From: a virus
Taxonomy: Duplodnaviria; Caudoviricetes
Direction: 5' to 3' (one strand)
Virus record (IMG/VR): IMGVR_UViG_3300005613_002598
Span: 1-56,105 of that record
DNA length: 56,105 nt
The notes under the pieces were generated by a model. The model saw nothing but the letters and a program-made list of their open reading frames with translations. It made no database searches and had not been told where the DNA came from. Made by a program: the position numbers and the translations under genes. Shown one piece after another: positions 29,481-38,746 of this stretch (position 1 is its first letter; each line of letters begins with the position of its first letter).

Positions 29481-30380
29481 ATGGAAAAGATTTCGTTTAA
29501 GATTTCGGATTACTCAAGACCACAAATGTATTTTAGAAGTGGTGTAAAAAAAGGGATTATTATGAATATCCCATTGCAACGAATTGTTAAAGCAGACAAA
29601 GAGAATCGTGACTTTAACAAGAATCACTCCAATAATCTTGGAGAGAAAATCAAAAATAGTGGATGGATGGATGCTATTAAGGTGGCTCCTTTCATTAACA
29701 AGGATGGCGTACAATTATTCAAAATCGCAGAATCAAACCATAGAGGTGAGTGGTTGAATAATTCAAATGATCCAGATGAAACTGTACCGTGTGTTGTATT
29801 GTGGTGGATTGATGGTGATGATGAGGAGTCAATGTACAATGCTATTACCGAGTTGAATACTGGTGGTAAAAATCACACGTTGTATGATATGATAGTTCGT
29901 GCTGCTCGTGTTATGAAATCACCAATTTATGTAGAAATGGCTAATAACATCCATCAATACACATCTCGTACAAGTAGTAAGACAAGTTTATCAGTTGGTA
30001 ATTTGGTTGGTATATATGATGGTTATGGTCAGCCAAGTAATCCAAAGGATAGAACTAAAAAAGACCGAACACCAACTAAAACAGGTCAGTTCAGATTGCC
30101 GGATTCGGATAGACCATATGTTGACCATATGTTAAGTGAGTTAGTAAATTTAAAAAGTGTTTTGGGGTCTGAACTACAAAACGATTGGGTTGAGAACTTT
30201 GTGTTTGAGATGCACACCCAAAAGAATAAACTTAAAAATTTTGACCAATGGAAGGTTATGTTTGATTACTTGTGTGAATCAATAAAAGCAACACCTCAAC
30301 AAACTGGCAAATCTCGAGCCCTATTTAACAAGTGGTTTACGGGTCAAATTAGTAGAATGCATAAATTTGCTACACTTTAA
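29481..30380 (+). CDS. ParB/Srx-like N-terminal domain protein (divergent)
   Basis: ENRDFN..H..LGEKI..GWMDAIKV..KIAESNHR (degenerate DGxHR), ITELN. Confidence 0.5.
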   Translation: MEKISFKISDYSRPQMYFRSGVKKGIIMNIPLQRIVKADKENRDFNKNHSNNLGEKIKNSGWMDAIKVAPFINKDGVQLFKIAESNHRGEWLNNSNDPDETVPCVVLWWIDGDDEESMYNAITELNTGGKNHTLYDMIVRAARVMKSPIYVEMANNIHQYTSRTSSKTSLSVGNLVGIYDGYGQPSNPKDRTKKDRTPTKTGQFRLPDSDRPYVDHMLSELVNLKSVLGSELQNDWVENFVFEMHTQKNKLKNFDQWKVMFDYLCESIKATPQQTGKSRALFNKWFTGQISRMHKFATL

Positions 30381-31513
30381 TGAACTTTTGGGAGTCAATA
30401 GATTATAATAATTCACGGAAGATTTTAGTGATACCAAACATCACCAACTCTTCCAACATTGATAAGGATTCATTCGTTGATGTGATTCATAATCATATCA
30501 AAGCACTTGAACCTTATGGGGACTACTTTTGGAACATCCTAATGCCTACTGGTAAAATCAGTAAAAAATTAAATTTACCAAATGTCAAACAACATCAAAT
30601 TGACATTCCAGGTGATATGATGAACCAAAGGTCGTTCCCCTCTCCCAAACTCATTAATCTACTCAAAGACATTGACTATGATGCAATCTATTCACATTTA
30701 CCAGACTGGCCTCAAGTGGGTAGATATAAGAAATCGATGAATATTAAAATCGTTGGTTATTGCCATTGGTGGGAGATGAAATCGTGTAATGGGCTTGACA
30801 ATAGAGAAGGTAAGGCAAAGTGGATGTGGTTGCCGATTGAGATTCTTGGAGTATCACAAATGGATGTGTGTTATCTCAATACTCAAGACCAAAAGAATAG
30901 AGTGTTAGAAGAAGCACGAGAAACATTCAACGAAGAGTTTGTTAAGAAGTTGGATGATATCCTCAAAGTGTGGAATTTAGGTGTACCTCAAGATAAGATT
31001 GTCGATGGTATCAAAGAATCAAAAGATAATATCATCGTATTCAACCACCGAGCCGCTGCATACAAAGGATATCCAAAATTTATTGAGCTGATGAAAGAAT
31101 ATCGTGAGCAACGAAATGACTTCACGGTGTGGATTCCGCAATTAAAAGGAGACGCTCCATATTCTTGGATTGACAATACAAAAGTACCAAAACACGAATA
31201 TTATCAGCGACTTCAGAATTGCAAGGTAGGCGTGCAGATGAGACAAACTAATTATGGGTGGTCAGTAAGTGGTACCGATTGTATGATGAATGGTACTCCA
31301 ATGCTTTGGCAAGATTCCGACTGTTATCGTGAGATTGACCCAAATGGGATGTTCTTCAAGTACAAAAAAGAATTCTTTGAGTATTTGGATAAGATGTTAG
31401 ATGATACTATATTTAGAAAACGGCAAGAACATAATTCAATTGAACGTGCTAAACAGCTATCTATCAATGAAGGTAGAATGATTGGTGAGTTACATAAAAA
31501 GTTAGTGGGTTAA
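30380..31513 (+). CDS. GT-B glycosyltransferase, candidate DNA glycosyltransferase
   Basis: DYDAIYSHLP, YCHW, IVFNHR..YKG, YYQRL, GWSVSGTDCMMNGTP; stop overlaps the DNA polymerase start. Confidence 0.7.
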   Translation: MNFWESIDYNNSRKILVIPNITNSSNIDKDSFVDVIHNHIKALEPYGDYFWNILMPTGKISKKLNLPNVKQHQIDIPGDMMNQRSFPSPKLINLLKDIDYDAIYSHLPDWPQVGRYKKSMNIKIVGYCHWWEMKSCNGLDNREGKAKWMWLPIEILGVSQMDVCYLNTQDQKNRVLEEARETFNEEFVKKLDDILKVWNLGVPQDKIVDGIKESKDNIIVFNHRAAAYKGYPKFIELMKEYREQRNDFTVWIPQLKGDAPYSWIDNTKVPKHEYYQRLQNCKVGVQMRQTNYGWSVSGTDCMMNGTPMLWQDSDCYREIDPNGMFFKYKKEFFEYLDKMLDDTIFRKRQEHNSIERAKQLSINEGRMIGELHKKLVG

Positions 31514-34002
31514 TGTACAAAAACATATTTTTTGATAGACGTGATAAAACAATCCATATATGGGATTGTAAAACTGGTTATAGTAAACATAAGCATAGGA
31601 AATATGCTTATATCAAAGACCCAAATGGTGAGTATGAATCCATTTATGGTGATAAGTTGAAACGTATTGGCTCTTGGGAATATGGTTCTGAAGATAAACT
31701 TTTCGAAAGTGATGTAAATCCAATTACTAGATTTCTGATTGATAACTATGGTGATAGTGATGAAGTGTCAGATGGCCACTGCATCATGACATATGATATT
31801 GAAGTTGAAATGCATAGTGGACTACCAGACCCACTAATAGCTACAAATGAAATAACATCAATTGCATTTCATGATTCAATAACTAACGAATATACAGTTT
31901 TTGTAGTAGGTGAGGATAATGTAGAATACAACCTTGACCGTGCAAATGTGTCCGTTTTTAAAGATGAGGTGAGCTTACTACAAGCATTTATATCCACTTG
32001 GGAAACTATAAACCCAACAATTATCACTGGTTGGAATATTGATAGATTTGATAACAATTATCTTTATAACAGATTAAAAAGAGTATTGGGGGAATCAGAT
32101 GCAAATCGAATGTCCCCAATTGGTATTGTTGAATGGAACCCAACACGTGAAAGATATTTCTTTGCCGGAGTATCTTCACTTGATTATATGTCTTTGTATA
32201 AAAATTACACCTATACAGAACTACCTAATTATCGATTAGATACTGTGGCTAAGCTAACATTGGGTAGAGGTAAAGTTGAATACAATGGAAATTTGGACCA
32301 GTTATTCAGAGATAATTTGGAAAAATTCATTGAGTATAACTTAGTGGATGTTGAATTGATTGTGGAATTTGAACGTAAACTACAATTCATTGAACTGGCT
32401 AGGGCCATTTGCCACACTGGGCATGTAGCTTATGAAGATTTTTTGTTTTCATCTAAATGGTTAGAGGGGGCTGTTCTTACCTTTCTACGTAGAAATAAAA
32501 AGGTATCCATCAATAAACCAAAGCGTACTGAAAGTGGTGGTACTTTTATGGGTGCATATGTTAAACCACCCAAACCAGGGTTACACAAGTGGATTTATGA
32601 CTTGGACTTAACAAGTCTATATCCAAGTATTATTATGAGTATCAACATCAGCCCGGAAACTAAAATTGGAATGATTGAAAACTTTTCAATGGATTCTCAT
32701 ATGAAAGGGCAGATGGAATCTTATAAACTTATTGACACCAATGGTAATGAATATCCAGAACTTGATAGAAATTCATTTAATGATTTTTTATTGGATACAA
32801 AATATTCAATATCATCCAATGGCGTATTATATCGAACCGATAAGATTGGTGTAATTCCTGAAATTTTGGATGTTTGGTTTAAAAAACGAGTTGAGTATAA
32901 GGATTTGATGAAACAGTTTGGAAACGCTGGTGATGATGACAAGTACAAGTTTTACCATCAACGCCAGTTGGTCACCAAAATTATGCTTAATTCAATGTAT
33001 GGTTGTTTGGGACTTGAATCATTTCGTTATTATGATGTCGATAATGCTCTTGGTGTAACAGCAACTGGGCAAACTATCATTAAAACAACGGAGATGATTG
33101 CTAATCAATATTATTCACGGCAAATTGGAACCCCCGATGACTATAATGTTTACAGCGATACTGACTCAATTTATATGAGTACAATACCACTCATTATACA
33201 TAGGAATCCGAATATTGATATAAATAACGATGAACAAATGGTACCTGCAATCTTAGATGTAGCAACCGAAGTTCAAAATCATATCAATAAAACTTATGAT
33301 ACTATGGCAAAACGTATGTTTAATATCAACTCACATAGATTTGATATCAAACAAGAAACCGTGGCCAAAAGTGGTTTCTGGGTGACAAAGAAAAGATATG
33401 CACAATGGATTATCAATGATAATACAGTTCCATGTGATAAGTTGGATGTAAAGGGGTTGGATGTAAAACGTAGTAGTTTTCCTGAGTACTTTAAAGAAGT
33501 TATGAAAACTGTATTGTGGGATATCATGAAAAATGTTGATAAGTCTGATGTTGATGAAAAAATATTGAACTACAAATCAAAAATGGCATCTGAGCCATTA
33601 ATTCGAATTGCTAAAAATTCAGCAGTTAAGGAGTTGAGTAAATATGATATAACAAATACTATTGGTAAATTTAAACCGGCTACTCCAGCACACGTAAAAT
33701 CAGCTATATCATATAATAAACTATTATCTCACTTTGGGTTGGGTTCTAAGTTTGAACCAATTAAGAACGGGGATAAAATAAAATGGCTTTATATAAAGCA
33801 AAATCCATTTGGTATTGAATCAATAGCCATCACCGGATATAACGACCCGCCTCAAATTCTACAATTTATAGAACAATACATTGACTATGATAAAATTTGG
33901 GATGCTGAAATGCAGGGTAAGCTAGAAGATTTTTATCAGGCACTGAATTGGGAGTTTCCTAATGAAAATTTGAAAATTGCATCCAAATTTTTTGGATTTT
34001 AA
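31513..34002 (+). CDS. gp43: Family B DNA polymerase (T4 gp43-like)
   Basis: YDIEV, GWNIDRFD, YNLVDV, DLTSLYPSII, KIMLNSMYG, YSDTDS, KKRY, KGLD. Confidence 0.97.
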   Translation: MYKNIFFDRRDKTIHIWDCKTGYSKHKHRKYAYIKDPNGEYESIYGDKLKRIGSWEYGSEDKLFESDVNPITRFLIDNYGDSDEVSDGHCIMTYDIEVEMHSGLPDPLIATNEITSIAFHDSITNEYTVFVVGEDNVEYNLDRANVSVFKDEVSLLQAFISTWETINPTIITGWNIDRFDNNYLYNRLKRVLGESDANRMSPIGIVEWNPTRERYFFAGVSSLDYMSLYKNYTYTELPNYRLDTVAKLTLGRGKVEYNGNLDQLFRDNLEKFIEYNLVDVELIVEFERKLQFIELARAICHTGHVAYEDFLFSSKWLEGAVLTFLRRNKKVSINKPKRTESGGTFMGAYVKPPKPGLHKWIYDLDLTSLYPSIIMSINISPETKIGMIENFSMDSHMKGQMESYKLIDTNGNEYPELDRNSFNDFLLDTKYSISSNGVLYRTDKIGVIPEILDVWFKKRVEYKDLMKQFGNAGDDDKYKFYHQRQLVTKIMLNSMYGCLGLESFRYYDVDNALGVTATGQTIIKTTEMIANQYYSRQIGTPDDYNVYSDTDSIYMSTIPLIIHRNPNIDINNDEQMVPAILDVATEVQNHINKTYDTMAKRMFNINSHRFDIKQETVAKSGFWVTKKRYAQWIINDNTVPCDKLDVKGLDVKRSSFPEYFKEVMKTVLWDIMKNVDKSDVDEKILNYKSKMASEPLIRIAKNSAVKELSKYDITNTIGKFKPATPAHVKSAISYNKLLSHFGLGSKFEPIKNGDKIKWLYIKQNPFGIESIAITGYNDPPQILQFIEQYIDYDKIWDAEMQGKLEDFYQALNWEFPNENLKIASKFFGF

Positions 34003-34039
34003 CTGTAAATACACTATATTTAACCAAACTTTAAAATAC

Positions 34040-34735
34040 ATGAAGAAGATATCAATTACTGAATTAATCAAACGTTATAACTTGGCAGGTAATATTGAAT
34101 CTGTCAAAATCAATTCTACTGATGATGGTATGAGTGTTGAATTCATATCGGATGACAAAACTCTTTTGGGTAAAGTATCATCGAATGAATCTAAATTTCC
34201 GAATGGTGAATTTGGCGTGTACACCACTGCTCAGCTAAAATCTCTACTATCCATTCTAAATGATGAAATTGCAGTTACCCACAAAGATGGCTCTATTAGA
34301 TTCAAAGATAATATAACATCTGTTGACTATGTGTTATCTGATTTATCGATAATACCAGATGTTCCTGAGCTGAAGCAAATACCAGAGTTCGAAGCTAATA
34401 TCAAATTAACTGATGATTTCATCAATACATTTATAAAATCTAAATCAGCTCTATCTGATGCCGACACTTTTACATTTTTAAGTAAATCAGGTGTTCATCA
34501 AATCATACTTGGGTATTCAACTCTAAATACAAATCGTGTTACTATTGAAGTAGATGCCGAAGTTTCCAGTGATGTTAATCACATTTCATTTTCATCTTCT
34601 TATTTAAAAGAAATACTTTTAGCAAATCGTGATAGTGAAACGATGAATATGATGATTTCATCTCAGGGGCTTTGTTATTTGGAATTTGTAAATTCTAATT
34701 TTTCCACAAAATACTACATGGTAGAATTGAAATGA
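34040..34735 (+). CDS. Sliding clamp (T4 gp45-like)
   Basis: About 230 aa directly after PolB; EFGVY..QL..LLS, FSSSYLKEIL, ISSQGL, KYYM; ATG at 34040. Confidence 0.7.
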   Translation: MKKISITELIKRYNLAGNIESVKINSTDDGMSVEFISDDKTLLGKVSSNESKFPNGEFGVYTTAQLKSLLSILNDEIAVTHKDGSIRFKDNITSVDYVLSDLSIIPDVPELKQIPEFEANIKLTDDFINTFIKSKSALSDADTFTFLSKSGVHQIILGYSTLNTNRVTIEVDAEVSSDVNHISFSSSYLKEILLANRDSETMNMMISSQGLCYLEFVNSNFSTKYYMVELK

Positions 34736-35940
34736 AATTCTGGGATGTTGATATAAAACCAAAGGGATTTGACTTCTATGCTGAGAAAAAGGCTCTGATT
34801 GAAAATCTAGACACTCTGGCAGCAATGAGTGTCGAAGAACAGACCTTGTATAAAAAGTGGGTCGAATTGCAAGACCCAGATATTATAAAAAACAAATCAA
34901 CAATAGCTAGATATTATGATATCCAATGGAGTCCTACTGATATCTTTGACTATGATAAAACTATAAATGAAATTAACAATCTTGACCCATATGTTGAAAT
35001 AGTTTCAGATAACGACTCCACAAAGTGGAGCTATATACGTAGAATGATTCATACTATGAGTTGGACGCCTAATCCTGGTAGAAATGTTAAAATTAATATT
35101 AAGGATAGAGCTAGTGGTAAACTACTTGGTCAAGCAAGCTTAGCGTCTGATGTTACATCATTGGCAGTCAGAGATAAGTATATTGGTTGGGATAAGGTAA
35201 ACAAATTTCAAGATGGTAAGTTGAACAACACTAGTATAGCATCTACAATTGTGTGTACCCAACCACTTGGTTATAATTTCTTAGGTGGTAAGTTGATAGC
35301 CATGATGATTACTACATCGACAATTCGTGATTATTGGAAATCAAATTATGGTCAAACGCTTATTGCAATTGGTACTACATCCCTATATGGTATTCATTCT
35401 CAGTATAATGGAATTCCCCATTATAAAACATTAGGCGAAAGTAGTGGTAAGATTAGTATCAAACCTGATGATGAATTCTATGAACCTTGGCACCAATGGT
35501 TAAAAGAAAATAAAGAAGATTGGTATAAAACCCACATTACTGAAGAACACGCGCGAAATGGTATGAACATGGGAGTGGGTAGAAATGGACCCGTAAGTGG
35601 TATAAAGCAAAAAATTCTACATAAAATATTTCAAGAATGTGGTATTAAATCATCTAAATACCAACATGGATTTGCTAGAGGTGTATATCTAGCCATGATA
35701 TACGAGAATGGTTCGGAATTCTTGAGAAATGAAATTCCAGAATCCAATCTCATAATGAAGACCAAGTTTGAACAAGATGTAGATTACATTACTAAATGGT
35801 GGAAATCTAAAGCAATCAAACGATATACGAAATTGTATAACGAAAAACGATTAAAACCTGGCCATCTTTATTACATAGATGCTATTGGAATTGATTGGGA
35901 AACTATGAAACAAAAATATTTAAACGAAGTAGGAAGATGA
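34732..35940 (+). CDS. DUF4338 / DruA-like GNAT-fold protein
   Basis: PGRNVK..DRASGKLLG, RDKYIGW, PLGYNFLGGKLIA, TTSLYG..SQYNG, LGESSG. Confidence 0.65.
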   Translation: MKFWDVDIKPKGFDFYAEKKALIENLDTLAAMSVEEQTLYKKWVELQDPDIIKNKSTIARYYDIQWSPTDIFDYDKTINEINNLDPYVEIVSDNDSTKWSYIRRMIHTMSWTPNPGRNVKINIKDRASGKLLGQASLASDVTSLAVRDKYIGWDKVNKFQDGKLNNTSIASTIVCTQPLGYNFLGGKLIAMMITTSTIRDYWKSNYGQTLIAIGTTSLYGIHSQYNGIPHYKTLGESSGKISIKPDDEFYEPWHQWLKENKEDWYKTHITEEHARNGMNMGVGRNGPVSGIKQKILHKIFQECGIKSSKYQHGFARGVYLAMIYENGSEFLRNEIPESNLIMKTKFEQDVDYITKWWKSKAIKRYTKLYNEKRLKPGHLYYIDAIGIDWETMKQKYLNEVGR

Positions 35941-36356
35941 AACTAAAATTCAAAAAATTACACAAAGATGCTGTTGTTCCCAAGATTGCAAATCCTGGTG
36001 ATGCTGGTGCAGATTTGACAGCAATATCTGTTGATTATGATATCAATAGCATAATCACTTATGGGACTGGTATAGCTGTTGAAATACCTGAAGGGTATGT
36101 TGGATTGATTTTCCCCAGAAGTTCTATTTATAAGAAGCAGTTACTATTAACAAATTCAGTGGGAGTAATAGATTCAGGATATCGTGGAGAGATTAAATTC
36201 AAATTTTGGGGAGACCGAGAATCTGATGTTTATAAAATTGGAGATAGAATTGGTCAATTAGTAATTATACCTATTCCAAGTGTTGAATGGGAAGAAAGTG
36301 AAGAACTTACTGATTCGGCACGTGGTGAAGGTGGATTTGGAAGCACTGGGGTATGA
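35937..36356 (+). CDS. dut: dUTPase (trimeric)
   Basis: AGADL, TGIAVEIP, PRSS, NSVGVIDSGYRGEI, GDRIGQL, RGEGGFGSTG. Confidence 0.96.
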   Translation: MKLKFKKLHKDAVVPKIANPGDAGADLTAISVDYDINSIITYGTGIAVEIPEGYVGLIFPRSSIYKKQLLLTNSVGVIDSGYRGEIKFKFWGDRESDVYKIGDRIGQLVIIPIPSVEWEESEELTDSARGEGGFGSTGV

Positions 36357-36979
36357 TGACTAATAAACAAAATTCTCTTTGGGTGGAACGATACCGCCCT
36401 CAAGGTTTAGATGGGTATGTTGGTAATGAACATATCTTGGAAAAGGTAAGGGTATATATCGAAAGTGAAGATGTACCACACTTGCTTTTATACGGACAAG
36501 CTGGTACGGGTAAAACTACATTGGCTAAAATCATCACAAACCAAATTGATTGTGATACACTTTATGTCAACGCATCAGACGAAAATAGCGTTGATACTGT
36601 TAGAGACAAGATTAGGGGGTTTGCATCTTCTATGGGATTCAAAAAGTGGAAGATTGTAGTATTGGATGAATGTTTGGATGAAAATACATTAGTATCCGTA
36701 TTACGGGATGGTGACGAAGTTAAACTTCCGATTAAAGATTTAGATGAAAAAAATGATTTAGTTAAATCTTGGAATGTTGAAAAACAAGAAATACAATGGA
36801 GGCCATTTTATCATTGGGACAAGGGCATCCAGAATGTATATGAAATTGAACTAGAAAACGGTGAAATTGTTGTTTGTACTGAAGACCATAAATGGTACGT
36901 TGAAGGTAGTAAAGGAATCCCGATTGTTGTGAAAACAAAAGATTTACATAAATATGAACATATTTTATCACCACAATGA
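36353..36979 (+). CDS. Clamp loader ATPase (RFC / gp44-like), N-fragment fused to split-intein N-half
   Basis: WVERYRP, PHLLLYGQAGTGKTT, NASDE, KIVVLDE followed by intein CLDENT. Confidence 0.92.
   Translation: MMTNKQNSLWVERYRPQGLDGYVGNEHILEKVRVYIESEDVPHLLLYGQAGTGKTTLAKIITNQIDCDTLYVNASDENSVDTVRDKIRGFASSMGFKKWKIVVLDECLDENTLVSVLRDGDEVKLPIKDLDEKNDLVKSWNVEKQEIQWRPFYHWDKGIQNVYEIELENGEIVVCTEDHKWYVEGSKGIPIVVKTKDLHKYEHILSPQ
36671..36976 (+). mobile_element. Split intein N-half (IntN, 102 aa) in the clamp loader Walker B
   Basis: CLDENTLV block A, PIKDL, VYEIELENGEIVVCTEDHKW block B; ends at a stop codon. Confidence 0.92.
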
Positions 36980-37028
36980 GATTATTTAACTAATTAATCA
37001 CAACCCTTATACTTATGTAAAAGGACAT

Positions 37029-37901
37029 GTGATGATTAAACCAGATACTCGTAAAAAGCTAAGGGTTGCTGCTATAAAGAATGGATTAGGTGGTGTAGTC
37101 TTAGTAGATGTTTGTTGCACTAAATGCGATAATATATACAAGGGTATAGTAAACCAACTAATTTGTAATTCATGTAAAATAAATGGATATACCCAAGTTT
37201 GTAAACATTGTAGTAATGATTACACTGCATTCCATAATGATAGAACGTACTGTTGTGAGTCTTGTAAGAAATCTAAACCTTGGCTACATCGTCCCCGTGA
37301 TAAATCGTTTGGTGAAAAGGTAAGTAAGGCCAAGAAGGAATGGTATCAAACCGATGACGGTAAAGCATTTGCTCAACATATCGGTAAAGTAAATTCTATA
37401 AAAATGAAAGAATTTAATAAAACGCCAGAAGGGATTGCAAACATAAAACGAAATGCTAAGTTATCCTCTATTCGTATGCGGGAGAGAATAGCCAAAGGTG
37501 AATTCACACCTCCCATTACAAATTCATTTACACACTGGGACGCAGCTATTGATGGTAAGAAATTTAGAAGTTCATGGGAAGCGTGTTTTTGGAATTCTAA
37601 TAAACATTTGTTATATGAAAGTAAGGAATGTAGAACTACTAAGCAATCAAATGGCCGGGTTTATATTGGTGATTTTTTCGATAAAGAAGCTAAAATACTT
37701 TATGAAATAAAACCAAAATCATTTTACATTAAACAATCCGATAAAATAGATGCATTGATAAATCATTGTAAAGATAATGGATACAAGTTTAAATGGATAA
37801 ACGAATACAATATCATAGATTACATTAATGAGTGTGATTTTGACACCAATGATAAGCTAAAACAACTTAATAAATTAAAAGATGGAATTAAAACGAATTA
37901 A
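37029..37901 (+). CDS. Free-standing homing-type endonuclease (Zn-finger, NUMOD-like repeats, TnsA-like PD-(D/E)XK domain) between the split-intein halves
   Basis: CxxC clusters; FRSSWE, YE, YIGDFF, LYEIKP; own promoter-like TATACTTAT near 37008 and AAGGAC RBS. Confidence 0.75.
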   Translation: MMIKPDTRKKLRVAAIKNGLGGVVLVDVCCTKCDNIYKGIVNQLICNSCKINGYTQVCKHCSNDYTAFHNDRTYCCESCKKSKPWLHRPRDKSFGEKVSKAKKEWYQTDDGKAFAQHIGKVNSIKMKEFNKTPEGIANIKRNAKLSSIRMRERIAKGEFTPPITNSFTHWDAAIDGKKFRSSWEACFWNSNKHLLYESKECRTTKQSNGRVYIGDFFDKEAKILYEIKPKSFYIKQSDKIDALINHCKDNGYKFKWINEYNIIDYINECDFDTNDKLKQLNKLKDGIKTN

Positions 37902-38007
37902 AATAAAATCAATAAGAAAATTAGAAGAACAGCGACGTGTTTATGATATTTCAGTCGAAGGTAATCATAATTTCTTTATAGGTGAAACTGAAACACTAAC
38001 TCATAAT
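37882..38007 (+). mobile_element. Split intein C-half (IntC, 42 aa)
   Basis: Basic N-terminus, VYDISVEGNHNF block F, THN terminus and Cys+1. Confidence 0.92.
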
Positions 38008-38616
38008 TGTGATTATCTTACACCAAATGCACAAGCAGCACTTCGTAATCTGATGGAAACATTCTCTAAATCTACTCGTTTCATCTTAACGTGTAACTAT
38101 GTAGAAAAGATTATTGACCCAATCCAATCTAGATGTCAAGTGTTTGGCATCACACCACCATCTAAAGCAGAGGTGGCAAAACGACTACACACAATTCTTC
38201 AACAAGAGTCTGTTGAATTTGATGTGAAAGACTTGGGTGTGTTGGTTAATAGTGGGTATCCTGATATCAGAAGAGTTTTGAACTCGGCACAACGGCAAGT
38301 AGTAAATGGTAAATTGAAGATTGATAAAACTTCAATGATACAAGCAAACTATATGACTGAGTGTTTACAAGTTCTAAAGTCGGATAGTGATACGAAAATT
38401 AAGTTTACAAAAATCAGACAAATTATCGCAGACAGTAAAGTAAAAGATTTTACATCGTTTTTTAAGTTTTTGTATGATAATGTAGATGAGTTTGCCGGAG
38501 ACCACGTAGGTGAGGTTATTGTAAAATTGGCTGATGCACAATACAAAGATGCATTTGTTACAGACAAAGAAATCAATATAATGGCAACAATTTTGGGTAT
38601 TATTGAATTTACTTAA
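37882..38616 (+). CDS. Split-intein C-half fused to clamp loader C-fragment
   Basis: IKIKSIRKLEEQRRVYDISVEGNHNFFIGETETLTHN|CDYLTPNAQAALRNLME, RFILTCN, IQSRC, PDIRR. Confidence 0.92.
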   Translation: MELKRIKIKSIRKLEEQRRVYDISVEGNHNFFIGETETLTHNCDYLTPNAQAALRNLMETFSKSTRFILTCNYVEKIIDPIQSRCQVFGITPPSKAEVAKRLHTILQQESVEFDVKDLGVLVNSGYPDIRRVLNSAQRQVVNGKLKIDKTSMIQANYMTECLQVLKSDSDTKIKFTKIRQIIADSKVKDFTSFFKFLYDNVDEFAGDHVGEVIVKLADAQYKDAFVTDKEINIMATILGIIEFT

Positions 38617-38617
38617 T

Positions 38618-38746
38618 ATGCACTGGTTACATCACATATTGGGAACTTGTGGAGAACCACACCCATCACTTCTATCTTTATTTGGAATTATCCCAACTAT
38701 TTACTATATTGTGAAATCTAAGGTTAATGGCAAAGACAATTTTTGA
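38618..38746 (+). CDS. Small His/Cys membrane peptide, not in the ORF track
   Basis: MHWLHHILGTCGEPHPSLLSLFGIIPTIYYIVKSKVNGKDNF; fills the intergenic gap. Confidence 0.5.
   Translation: MHWLHHILGTCGEPHPSLLSLFGIIPTIYYIVKSKVNGKDNF

Noticed and set aside
34732-35940. Complete Druantia defence system
   Set aside because: No DruE-like helicase or other dru genes in the window
36980-37881. Group I intron carrying the endonuclease
   Set aside because: Only about 50 nt of non-coding sequence flank the endonuclease ORF, too little for a ribozyme core; the split intein explains the layout
23974-38616. Stop-codon reassignment or pseudogenisation as the explanation for the broken helicase and clamp loader
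   Set aside because: Breaks fall exactly between intein blocks B and F, the second halves have their own starts, and other genes are full length in the standard code using TAA, TGA and TAG stops
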